A DNA stretch of 64,000 nucleotides from Eledone cirrhosa (Eukaryota), in contig OZ024747.1 of assembly GCA_964016885.1 (NCBI GenBank), positions 62,992,001 to 63,056,000 of the forward strand. The letters run 5' to 3'. Position numbers and translations under genes: made by a program. This document shows positions 26,050 to 38,442 of the stretch, piece after piece. The notes beneath the pieces are model-generated. The model made no database searches. It saw nothing but the letters and a program-made list of their open reading frames with translations, and was not told where the DNA came from. The stretch's first letter is position 1, and the number at the start of each line of letters is the position of its first letter.

Positions 26050-26712
26050 ACATATATATACACACATGCACACTCACACTCACACATATGCACTCACACT
26101 CACACACATACATATGCACTCACACTCACACACATACATATGCACTCACACTCACACACATATGTATTCACTCACACTCACACTCGCACACACACGTGCA
26201 TGTAGACACACAATCTTAGAGATAACCAGATTAACCTATAGAATATCAGTGTATGCGCACAAATACTCACACACACACACACACACACTCATATATACAC
26301 ATACACATACACACTGTCTCTCTTTCACACACATACACAGATACACACAGACACTCACGCACAAATACACACACACTCATACACAGACAGATATACACAC
26401 ACAGATACACACACACTCTCTTTCTTACACACACACACACTCTCTCTCACATACATACGCACACACATACACACATATGCACACTCTCTCTCTCTTTCAC
26501 ACAGACATAAATACACACACACTCTCTTTCTTACACACACACAGATATACACACACACACTCTCTTTCTTACACAAACACACACACTCTCTCTCACACAT
26601 ACACACTCTCTCTTTCACACACACATAAATACACACACTCTCTCTCTGTTTTTCACACACACACACACACACTCACACTCACACACACACACACTCACAC
26701 ACACATACACAC
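26050..26712. repeat. Compound (CA)n/(CT)n microsatellite
   Basis: Direct inspection. Confidence 0.95.
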
Positions 26713-27686
26713 CAACTTTTATTTGAAATTTCTACTCAAAACCATCACAAAGTGGTAGATTCTATATTATTTGTAAACAAAACTATTAATTTGTTTACAT
26801 CAAATTGTTTGCATCAATTTTCAATGTTTGCTTTGAATATTTTTATATTTTGTTAAAGGAAATAGTTTCACAGTTGAATTCACTTACACTGTGCAGTTGT
26901 GTCCTTATCTGGTCCCTTGGCTTGCTAGAGATAGCAGCTAAATCCCTCTCAAATTCCAAATTTTAGAAAAGATGTGCATAATAGATAATGAGGTCCTCAG
27001 TGCATATTATCATCCGCGAAGCCATATGACGTTTATTTTTCCATGTTGGAATAGATTAGACGGATCCCCACAGACCAAATCAGTTCTTAATCAGAGCTAT
27101 TTAGCTTCCAGTTAAGCTACACATCATATCTCAAATATATACTGGCTTTGGTATGATTTCTACAGCTACATGCACTTCCTGTTACCAACCACTTTACAAA
27201 GTCGTTTATCATGGCATCAGCATTAGATAGGTTTACATAATTCAAGAATTTTTCTCATCCTCTTGGCATGGTTTCTGTGGTAGGCTACCCTTCCTAATAG
27301 CAACAACTTTTCAAAGTTTACTGTATTCAGTTTACAATAAGAATACTATATCATTGTGTGTTGGATGTGGTGACTAAAGATGTTGGCACCAGGAAAGTTA
27401 TCTGGACATAAAACACAGCTTTAGAAAAGAACCCATGATGAGTATGAAGACTAACATGGGAGCCACTTGATTAATTTTAGCAGGAAAAACCTCCTTAAAA
27501 TCATCATCATCATCATCATCATTTTACATCATGGGTTGGACAAATTAGATTGGTTTAAGACTAGATGGGACAGTGGTTCATATCTTGCTCATAGGTATCT
27601 TATTTGGTATGGTTTGTACAAGTGAATGTGTTTTCTAATGCTTTATAGAGTATAATGGGTGCATTTTATTGTGTTGTTATTATATA

Positions 27687-28012
27687 GGAGATTGGCAGAA
27701 TCGGTAGAGCGTCGGACAATATGTGTTGCAACAAAGAGGTATGGTCCATTACACTCTGAGTTGAAATCCTGCTGAGGTTAGCTTTGCCTTTCATCCATTA
27801 CAGGGTTGATAAAATAAAGTACCAGTCATTCACTGGGGGTTGATTTAATCGACTTTCCCCATCTCCCAAATTGTGGGCCTTGGGTCTAAATCAGAAGACA
27901 TTATTATATAACTTTGCCTTTCATCCTTACGGGATCGATAAAATAAAGTACCAGTAATGTACTGGGTAATTATTGGCCTTGTGCCAAAAGTAGAAACAAT
28001 TATTATTATTAT
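27687..28012 (+). mobile_element. SINE family B full copy plus 5'-truncated copy in tandem
   Basis: ggagattggcagaatcggtag head; gcctttcatcc centre twice; (ATT)n tails. Confidence 0.85.
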
Positions 28013-28790
28013 TTTTCCCGTATAACACGATTTTTACAGAAACCCATAATCTAACATTTTGATTCCCCCCCACCTCTCTCAATACTCTCTCTCTCTATAT
28101 ATATGGAGTATATATTTGGTGTGTGTGTGTATGTGTATATATCTTCTGTAATCAGTTCACAATGTCTCATATCTCTCTCATAAGAACATTGCTGAATAAA
28201 TGAGATTGAAGTAAAAATATATTCTATCAATTGAGCTTAGATCCATTTTGTTTACACAGTCAGTCCTCCACCTCTGCTCGTCCCTTAACTTCCTTTAAGC
28301 ATCTATAATCCCCACGAAATGAGAATTGCTATAAACATTGATAAAATGATTGCAAAGTTAATTCTTGCTTTAGCTTCCGGAACATCACTTTTGACATGGT
28401 TTGTCACTCTTTGGATTATTCCTATACTTTCGCTTCTGATTGCTTATCGATATATCTATGTATGCCCTTCTTCTATATATTAACTATATATCTCTATGTG
28501 TGTATAATATATATATTTATTTAAACACACACACACACACATATGCATTTATACACACACAAATGTATTTATATATATATTAATGAAGTAGATATCCAAC
28601 TGTGACCTCAGGCGATTTCAGCTAACCTTCTCCAAGAGCTTGCAGTTGGACATCTTTCTCCTTAATATCCTGACTCTACATCTCACCATACATCAAGTAC
28701 TACTCTGATTAGTGGACTTTCCATTCTTTGCATTGCAGATGTTCCATATATATATGTATATATATATATATACACATATGCAGATGTTCC

Positions 28791-28825
<35 letters not shown>

Positions 28826-28860
28826 TAAATATATATATATATAAATATATATATAACTAT

Positions 28861-29178
28861 ATCATCATCATCATCATCATCATCATTTTACGTCCGCTTT
28901 TCCCTGCTTGCAAGGGTGGGACGGGAACTGATACTGGCTTAATTTCTACAGCTGGATGCCCTTCCTAACACCAACCTCATTTACAGTGAGTGCTGGGTGC
29001 TTGTTTGCCGTGGCACCTCCACGACCACTTTGCAGTGGAATGATAGGGACCTCAATCCCTATCATCTCATTTCTACAGCTGAGTAAACTGGAACAATGTG
29101 AAATAAACAACACATCACCCGGTCCGAGAATTGAACTCACAACCTTTCGATTGCAAGGCCAATGCTCTAACCACTAAG
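28861..29178 (-). mobile_element. SINE family A with small internal deletion
   Basis: Reverse complement of 18562 family; (CAT)n at left; lies in TA microsatellite. Confidence 0.9.
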
Positions 29179-29300
29179 ATATATGCCTACATGCATATAT
29201 ATATATCTATCTATCTATCTATCTATCTATATCTATCTATCTATCTATATATCTATATATATATATCTATATATGTATATATATATATATATATTTATTT

Positions 29301-29822
29301 ATTGTCAGCAAATAAATGTATTAAAATAAGATTTTATTGTTTTAACACTTTGTATATATATATACAGTATATATATATATGAACAAATATCATTATAATA
29401 TCTAGCCTATGCTAGCATAGAGAAATGAAGATAAATGATTATAAATATATATATACCGATCGAATCAATCGACAAGTTCCCAGATTTCGTTCACTTACTG
29501 AGTTTCCATTGGTCTTCCCCTTACTGATACTATCTACAGGTTACAACTCCTGACAGAAAGAGCAACATGAAATAAAGTGTGTTGCTGAAGGACATAACAC
29601 ATTTCCCACTCAAGGAATTGAACTTGCAGCCTCATGTCTGTGAATCCAATTTTCTAACCACTAAGCCATGTGCCTTCACATATATTTATATATCCCATTG
29701 ACTTGTACTTCCTAATTATGATTATACTCTGGAGTAAACAGACCCACTTGTGTATTTCGTTAAGTGTTCTACCCTGAATATAAAAGTGATGGTGATAAAC
29801 TAACACGTACTCTAATTAATTA
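29301..29822 (+). repeat. Left arm of a ~520-bp inverted duplication
   Basis: Reverse complement of 31601-31980 plus 32328-32480, with scattered mismatches; contains an old SINE (about 29455-29680). Confidence 0.95.
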
Positions 29823-29848
29823 TATATATATAGTTATATATATATAGT

Positions 29849-29883
<35 letters not shown>

Positions 29884-30079
29884 GGATACTATTTATGGTT
29901 ATGTATATACTAAAACTTTTTATAGTTATGTATATTTTAAACCCTAAACAGTGAAGGTCAGTAATTTATTACTACCTTACTACCAGTAAGATAAATAGCT
30001 CAATGTAATAGCATCAGTTGTTCTACAGAGCAGTTATATAGAATTCACAAGAATCAAAGCTATGTTCAAAGCATTTATT

Positions 30080-30126
30080 CACTTACAATTGTTTCTTCCA
30101 AACCTAGGCTTGGAGTCTTCGGAGCA
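30080..30126 (-). ncRNA. Minimal type-I hammerhead ribozyme motif with CCGAAGA core, in a PLE-type relic (about 29875-30185)
   Basis: - strand tgct-CCGAAGA-ctccaagc-ctag-gtttggaa-GAAAC-aatt-GTA-agtg-AATAAA. Confidence 0.65.
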
Positions 30127-30221
30127 TTTTTCAATGTTTGTACACATAATTGACCTCCTTTCCAATGCAAGAGACATACAGATACATATATATATATATA
30201 TAACTATATATATATATATAT

Positions 30222-30286
<65 letters not shown>

Positions 30287-30327
30287 TAACAATTTATATA
30301 TATATATATATAACTATATATATATAC

Positions 30328-30925
30328 CTTGAATACTGTTGTCCACTGTGGTCTCCCCACACGAAACAAAGTATCATGAAACTTGAAGCTCCCCAAAGGG
30401 CAATCACGAACAAGATAGATGGCATGTCAGACCTTGACTACTGGGGTCGACTAGAAAAGCTGAAACTTTACTCACTCCAACGTCGCCGTGAGCATTATAT
30501 TATCTGCATGATGTGGAAAATTTTTCATCAGCACTGCCCAAATGATGTTGGCATCACCTTCAAAATACACCCAAGGCTTGGGCCCCGTGCTATCTGTCCC
30601 AAACAAAAATCTAAATCGCAACTCATAACAACAATACGGCACAATTATTTCACCTCAATTGGCCCTGCTCTCTTCAACATCACACCAGGACACGTCAAAA
30701 CAGAAACTGACCACACAAAATTCAAGAAGTCTTTGGACAAATTCCTCCAAGTAATCCCGGACAAACCACCCACACCTGGATATGTCTCCGCAAACAGTAA
30801 TTCCCTTCTCGAATGGGCCATGATGCCCAAATCCTGAATTGAAAGACTTCGCCAGGTGGTGCTATTAAATTAGACATGGCCTGGGCCAATACTGGCCAAA
30901 ACATTTAAAAGTTATTCAAAGTTAT
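30328..30925 (+). mobile_element. 5'-truncated CR1-like LINE (ORF2 C-terminus open 30328-30837, plus 3' UTR)
   Basis: [51 protein letters not shown]; no stops, so relatively young; inserted in (TA)n. Confidence 0.88.
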
Positions 30926-30972
30926 ATATATATATAACTATATATATATATATATAACTATATATATATATA

Positions 30973-31035
<63 letters not shown>

Positions 31036-31038
31036 CAG

Positions 31039-31354
31039 AATAGAAAGATTTGAATGGATACAGTTTAGTTGAAAGGAATTTATTGACACGTGTTTCTATA
31101 ACAGTTACATAACCTAAAACAGCTATCTACAAACTTTTAGTTATGCAGACATTCAATATTTCAATGTTATTATTTACTGTCATTTCATCAGAATCAGGAT
31201 TCTGATGAAATGACAGTAAATAATAACATTGAAATATTGAATGTCTGCATAACTAAAAGTTTGTAGATAGCTGTTTTAGGTTATGTAACTGTTATAGAAA
31301 CACGTGTCAATAAATTCCTTTCAACTAAACTGTATCCATTCAAATCTTTCTATT
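31039..31354. repeat. Perfect palindrome, 157-bp arms with 2-nt loop (PLE-type relic extending to about 31465)
   Basis: 31039-31195 is the reverse complement of 31198-31354; (TA)n on both sides of the element. Confidence 0.95.
31199..31311 (+). ncRNA. Hammerhead-like motif with extended stem II (mirror copy on - strand)
   Basis: att-CTGATGA (31202-31208)..88 nt closed by atgacagt/actgttat..GAAAC-acgt-GTC (31297-31308)-aat, overlapping AATAAA. Confidence 0.55.
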
Positions 31355-31600
31355 TTTCTCCGGATTACTTTTGGAACTACAACTGGAACCGTCGAGCAAA
31401 CTCTACGTGAGCTGATAATCTACTGTGTGTAATATTTATATTACAACACAACGGAAAATACTGTATATATATATATAACTATATATATATATAACTATAT
31501 ATATATATATAACTATATATATATATATATGTAACTATATATATATGCGGGTGAAGCTGCAGTAACTCCAAGTTACACTCCCTAGATATATATATATATA

Positions 31601-32480
31601 TAATTAATTAGAGTATGTGTTAGTTTATCACCATCACTTTTATATTCAGGGTAGAACACTTAACGAAATACACAAGTGGGTCTGTTTACTCCAGAGTATA
31701 ATCATAATTATGAAGTACAAGTCAATGGGATATATAAATATATGTGAAGGCACATGGCTTAGTGGTTAGAAAATTGGATTCACAGACATGAGGCTGCAAG
31801 TTCAATTCCTTGAGTGGGAAATGTGTTATGTCCTTCAGCAACACACTTTATTTCATGCTGCTCTTTCTGTCAGGAGTTGTAACCTGTAGATAGTATCAGT
31901 AAGGGGAAGACCAATGGAAGCTCAGCAGTAAGCGTATGAAATCTGGGAACTTGTCGATTGATTCGATCGATATATACATATATGGAGGCACATGGCTTAG
32001 TGGTTAGAGCATTGGTCTTGCAATCGAAAGGTTGTGAGTTCAATTCTCAGACCGGGTGATGTGTTGTTTCCTTGAGCAAGACACTTTATTTCACATTGCT
32101 CCAGTTTACTCAGCTGTAGAAATGAGATGATAGGACTGGGTTCCCTATCATTCCACTGCAAAGTGGAGGTGCCACGGCAAAAAAGCACCCAGCACTCACT
32201 GTAAATGAGGTTGGTGTTAGGAAGGGCATCCAGCTGTAGAAATCCAGCCAGAATCAGTTTCCGTCCCACCCTTGCAAGCAGGGAAAAGCGGACGTAAAAT
32301 GATGATGATGATGATGTTGATGATGATATATATTTATAATCATTTACCTTCATTTCTCTATGCTAGCATAGGCTAGATATTATAATGATATTTGTTCATA
32401 TATATATATATATATATATATATGTATACAAAGTGTTAAAACAATCAAATCTTAGTTTCATACATTTATTTGCTGACAAT
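31601..32480 (-). repeat. Right arm of the inverted duplication, interrupted by a SINE A
   Basis: Matches 29301-29822 once 31984-32327 is removed. Confidence 0.95.
31984..32327 (+). mobile_element. SINE family A, full length, present in the right arm only
   Basis: Empty site visible in left arm at about 29445-29456 (aaatatatatataccgatcg). Confidence 0.93.
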
Positions 32481-32517
32481 TGTTTCTTCCAGAGGGAAGT
32501 CTGGAATCATCGGAGCA
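32471..32517 (-). ncRNA. Minimal type-I hammerhead ribozyme motif with CCGATGA core
   Basis: - strand tgct-CCGATGA-ttccaga-cttccc-tctggaa-GAAAC-aatt-GTC-agca-AATAAA; stems I and II fully paired; palindromic stem III ACAATTGT. Confidence 0.75.
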
Positions 32518-32758
32518 TAGGGAACGTCTAAACAGGTGATTAAAATCCTAGTCGTTCAGAACATTTAGGTAGATACATAAGTGTTGTTAGTGTCATAGAC
32601 ATCATGTATAGAATCAGGAGTTAAAAAGATGTTATGCTTGAGAGAACACAATTACAAGGAGCGCTAGTTGAAAGTGTAAGTACTACCCTTCATATTTATA
32701 ATTGTAAATTAAACATATATAAGTATAAATATTTTATTACTATATATATATATATATA

Positions 32759-32937
32759 AGGCGGGTAAAATTCCCGAGATCCATGGACGATGTCTCTCCA
32801 GCGGTCTCTGTCCCTCATTATCGCTGCCATGTCCTGCGTCTCCAACAGACCAGTGTCTGTCCTTAGGGCATCAACATACGTTAACCTTGGTCTTCCTCTT
32901 CTAGTGTGTCCATGTAGCGGCTCCCAAAGGAGCACTG
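32759..32937 (-). mobile_element. Short 3' fragment of an RTE/RTEX-like LINE in (TA)n
   Basis: LLWEPLHGHTRRGRPRLTYVDALRTDTGL..MRDRDRWR. Confidence 0.75.
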
Positions 32938-34759
32938 AGTTATATATATATATAACTCACTCAGATATATATATATAACAATCTATACATATATAAATTT
33001 TTTTTACGATGAATGTGAACTTAAATGATATATTTATTAACATGAAATATGATAAAACAGTGTGTTATCATCGTTTACACCATCAAAACACACATCTATT
33101 GTAATCTGGGGAACTGCATAGACTACTACACTAAGAAAACCTAGCTAATTTTTTATCTTGAATTGAGTGTACTTCAACGTCTTGCTGTATAAATTACAAT
33201 TGGTGTGGCTCCTGTCATATCACATAACAATCAACAATATGAAGAGCCATCACAAAGAGATATGTTAATAATATTTCAAGCTCACTGTTATTCCACAATC
33301 AGCAAAATAAGACAAATTGACTCGCCACTGGGATAATCCATAAATGTTATTTAGTATAAAACTTCATGTAAGTAAATCTGATAATCTGTATGAATGTGGT
33401 GCTATAGAGCTTCTAAATAATGATGTTTACTATAGGCACAAGGCCAACTATTTGAGGAGAGGGGTAAGTTGATTAAATTGATCCCAGTGCATTACTGGTA
33501 CTTTATTTTATTGACCCCTTAAGAATGAAAGGCAAATCTAACCTCGGCATTTGAACTCAGAACACCTAAATAGTAATGTAGAAAATACAAATGTAAAAAA
33601 TTAAGTTATTTGACATATTTGTCCAAAACTAGAATGAAAAACTCAATATTGGAAAGGCTTTTCAATATTTTGTCTCTTTTCTCACTTGTTTTGTTTATCA
33701 TTGTAGAAACATGTGTCAAGATAATTCTACTATTATATCACATTTTCTCTCATCATAAATCGCCTTATTTGCTTGTATAACTTAATTTTTTCTTTTTCTT
33801 TTTCTACTTTTGGATGAAAGCATTGCAGCCATGATTATCCTGTTATTTATTCAGATATAGTGTATTTAGCATTACATTATGCCCTTCCCTTTTTTAAAAA
33901 TGTTTGTGTGGAATTTGATGGAAAAATCACATTTATTTGATTAAAAATAAATGTTAAATGTTCTGCTCACACCTCTGCTGATTTCATAAGTGTTTTAATA
34001 AAAGGGGCTTGAAGCATATCATGAACAGCAACATAAAATGAAATGTCTTGCTCAAGAAACACAATGCCCCATCTGGTTCAGGAATCAAACCTGCGACCTT
34101 ATGATAGTGAGCCCAACAATAATCACGAGGTTAACTATGATTGTCCAATCATAAGACCACACACCTTCACACTTATTTCATCAAAGCATTATAGCAGTAA
34201 TAGCAGCAATGGTTTTGATTGGTAATAAGACAAGGGAGCTATTTTGTTATCAAAAGCTCTAAATATTTAATTTGGGCAAATGATTAAAAAACGCTGAAAT
34301 TAGTTAAAGTATTTAAAATTCTTTCTCATGCTACTGTGTAATGAAAATTAGATTACTAGTTCTTTCTAAAATTCCTTTACCAGTTCTTTCAAATTCTTTT
34401 TTATTTACGAATTTGAACCGAATCTTTGAAACAGAATCTATCTGTGGTTATAGATGAAATAAGAGCTAAATTAACTTATTAGATATATAAAAAGAAAACA
34501 AATATCATTTCAAGTTATTAATTAATTTACAAGAAGGATAATTCAACAAATATTCTCCTTCTGATACATATAGCCAATAAGATATGACTTTGCATATATA
34601 CACTTTATTTCTCCACCATTTTATTAGATGCAGAACAATACTTAGTAATGATGTGCCTCTACTTCATTTTTTCCACAAATATCTTATTTCAAGTATGTTA
34701 TTTGTTTATCCTATTAACTTATTACAAGCTTCATTTTTTAAAGAATGTTCTATTGTTAT

Positions 34760-35152
34760 GATATATATATATATATGTTTGTGTGTGTGTATGTTTCTGT
34801 ATGTGTGTGTATATATATATGTGTGTATGTATATGAGTGTATATATATATATTCACACACACACACATATACATGTATATATGTATATGTATGATTGTGT
34901 GTGTATATATATATATATATATACATATATATACAGTAAAAAGAAAAAAAAAGAAAAAATAATGGTTTCTGAATGAGTCACAAGGTCACATATTTCATGT
35001 ATATGTGTGTGTGTATATATATATATATATATACATATACACATGTATATGTGTGTGCATGTATATATATATACATAAGTATATGTGTGTGTGTATGGAT
35101 ATATATATATATACACACACACATGTATATGTGTGTGTGTGTGTATATATAT
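34760..35152. repeat. (TA)n/(TG)n compound microsatellites
   Basis: Direct inspection. Confidence 0.9.
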
Positions 35153-35179
35153 TTAGATTTATAAATAAATTATAATAAT

Positions 35180-35367
35180 TGTTTCTACTATTGGCACAAG
35201 GTCAGCAATTACCCAGTACATTACTGGTACTTTATTTTATCTACCCCGTAAGGATGAAAGGCAAAGTTAACCTCGGCAGGATTTGAACTCAGAACATAAA
35301 GGGCCATAACTCTATACGTCAAAGCATGGTGCCCGACCCTCTACTGATACTGCCAATTCACCGCCCC
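35180..35367 (-). mobile_element. SINE family B with ~17-bp TSD
   Basis: aaataaattataataat on both sides. Confidence 0.88.
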
Positions 35368-36303
35368 AAATAAATTATAATAATAATCTCTGGTCTTATT
35401 GAATTTTGAATTATATTCATATGTATATATAGATATAAGTGAGGACTCATGGAAGCATGGAAAAATATACATTAAATGGTAATGATGATGATGGTATATA
35501 TATATATATATATATATATAACATGCAAACTTTTTCTTGAAAATATCTCCAAACTTATAACTACAAAATGTTCTTCACTTTTAATGGTATAAATCTCATC
35601 AATAAAATAATCAATAAATCAAACATAATTTGATGAAATGCTGAAAAGATGTTGATTTTCTCTTTTTTTAAAATCTAATATCGCCCATTTTTCTCCTACT
35701 TCTAATAACAATACAGGAGCTCTATACAATATTATAAGAATATGGTTGTATATTTATGAGAACTATAATGTATATGAATATAATTGACAAACATGATGGT
35801 AAATGTGAATTCCAAACAGAACATTTTTGACTCAATTAGGAAGGAAGACTGAGGATGGCATGTCATTTTTTACAAAATAAATGCTTCAAATTCTGTGCAA
35901 TTGTCAATCATATTAAATAACACAATAAATTTACCTCCCAAATAGTTATTTAAAATATTATCATACTGGAAAAAAGTTTGAATTAAATGAAATTTCAAAC
36001 GTGGCAATAGATTAACCCTTTAGATAACAAACAATCCGAAACCTTCGCTGGTTCTAAAATACAGGAGTTACTGAGAAGGGAGAAGACAGAGAGAACATAA
36101 TTCATAATTCAAGGGGAGAGAAGATGATGATTGATGTTGCTTTTTAAATTTTGTAAATTGTAATGGGTAGGAAAACAAGAAGCTGAAACAGAATTCATTA
36201 GGATAAATATGTGGGGGAAGAATCTATCAGAATAGAATTTATGATTTAAAAATTTCAACTGCAAATGGATGAGACATAACTGCCAATCTGGTGCTCTGTA
36301 TAA

Positions 36304-36495
36304 CCCTTTAGAATTCTTTCACCTCTTTCTGTTCAAAATGACTGTAACCGGTTAATTATACTGATGTTAAGGTATTGTTCTCAAAATAAAAATAAAAATC
36401 TCATAGATTCAATATTATGTGAGATAATTCTGTGAGATAAAGCCTTTATCATGAAAATATAATAGTAAATATAGAGTAATGTAAATGCTAAAGGG
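36304..36495. mobile_element. piggyBac-like MITE copy
   Basis: Homologous to 14050-14273; ends aaggg-TTAA. Confidence 0.8.
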
Positions 36496-38409
36496 TTAAA
36501 CTTGTGGGAACAAGGTAACAAAGAGGAAAGCTCATCTGAACAATACCTATGAAAATATATATAAAAAAGGTAAAGAGGGGACATTTTGAGTGTGTGATGG
36601 TGTGATAGTGATTGAAGCTGGCATGATAAACAGGATCGATAATGTTGACATTCAACTGATCCAGAGGAGAGTATCTTTGAATAAGAACTGACCTAGGAGG
36701 ACAGTATATTTGAATGAGAACTGACTTGTATTGTTAACTGTCCAACCTATGCCAGGATGGACATTTCTGACAAAGAATAATGATAATGTTGGTGATGGAG
36801 ATGATGGTGGTGGTGAAGGTAGTTTGTGGTTGTGGCGATGATAATGCTATTATCAAAACACAGCACTTCAGTGATATATGAGAAGAAACTAACATCCTTA
36901 CAAATGATTTCTATTTCCTTGTCCATTAAAAATGCATTTCTTTACATCTTTTCTCATTACAACTCCTGCTTGTGCACCTTAATACCTATAATATCCATTC
37001 TGTCATTATTTGAATCATCACGTTCCATCTTTAAATAAGATATTCAGTGAAGCTTGAAGGTTATTTCATCCCTGATTGCTGACTAAACCTCATTACTAAT
37101 CTTCTCATCAAGGAACGTGAACACTCAATTTCTATGACATTTCACTGAAGAAATATATTGCCTTATTTCAGTTACAGGAACTTATAAACCAATCAGATCT
37201 CATTTGATCTATTCAGTCATCAATCAATATTCATAAAAATCAAAACATAGTTATGCAGCTTTTCATAGATTATTAGAATTAAATTTATCAAATCCCTATC
37301 TCATATGTGCCATCAGAATTATAAATCACTTCTTGAATAAACAGTAAACATTTATTTTTCTATGAATATTCCAACCAAGAATCTAATCTTCTTGTATTTA
37401 TAATAGTGTTTTGTTTTTACTCTTTAATCAGAAAGAGATTGGCTGTGTGTGATAACTTCTTCACAGCCTCTAAAACTGGAGGGAGGGGGGCATGAAGATA
37501 TCTTCAAATTGGAGATTTGGCTTGCATGCTTCCAAAGGTAACTATGCAACAGGCACCCAGATGCTAGATAAGGATGTTCAACCATTCAACCAATTAAGTC
37601 TACTATCCAAGTAGATAAAGTTAGTTAAAGCCTGTTTTAAGATGAAGGTTCATTAGGCTAGTGCTTATCCCCGGTTTCCTTAGTGTTCAGTCAATGAGTG
37701 CACAAGACTCTCCCTGGACAGGCTGTCAATTTACCAAAGGATTAACTATCCAGCTACTGCTGGTTTTCACTCTCGGCTGAGTGGACTGGAGTAATGTGAA
37801 ATAAAGTGTTTTTCTCAAGAACACAATGCAGCACCATGTCCAGGAAACAAACAGATGACATTAGGATGTTAGACTTATGATCTTAAACACTAGGCCATGC
37901 ATCTTTTAAATAGGTGGGATTTGAATTCAAAGCGAAATAGCTGGAAACAAATATTGCAAAGCATCTCATCTGACACTCTAACAATTCTGCCAATTCATCA
38001 CCTTGGGCCGTTATTTTAATTCTACAAAGATGGAAGGCAAAGTTGACCTTAGTATACTGGGTACATTTATCATGGGGCTAGTACTAGGGAGGCTGTTGTG
38101 TCATGACTAGAAGTTCCTCTCAAACCTTTGTGGCATACATTCTGTGGCTAGAAGCCCTCCCTAACAACAACCATAAAATAAAGTGTCTTGCTCAAGGACA
38201 CAGTGCAACACAGGAAATTGAACTCCCAACTTTACGATCAAAAGCAAAATACCCTAACGACGAAGTAATGTGCCTTTACATTAGTTTAATGCTTGATGTA
38301 GTAGGAAAAGAGTCTTTAAGTTTTGGACAATTGTCCTTCATGAGAAAGCAGAAGAAATAAAAGATGAGATAGAAAGATAGAGAGTGAGAAGAGGAAGAAA
38401 CGTATGTGT

Positions 38410-38442
<33 letters not shown>

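Noticed and set aside
28570-28668. Imperfect inverted repeat with a hammerhead-like string on the - strand (cttggaga-aggttagct-gaaat..gtc)
   Set aside because: Core needs several substitutions; too decayed to call
30376-30837. 153-aa ORF as a host gene
   Set aside because: C-terminus of a 5'-truncated CR1-like ORF2; the frame is open upstream of the ATG to the TA junction
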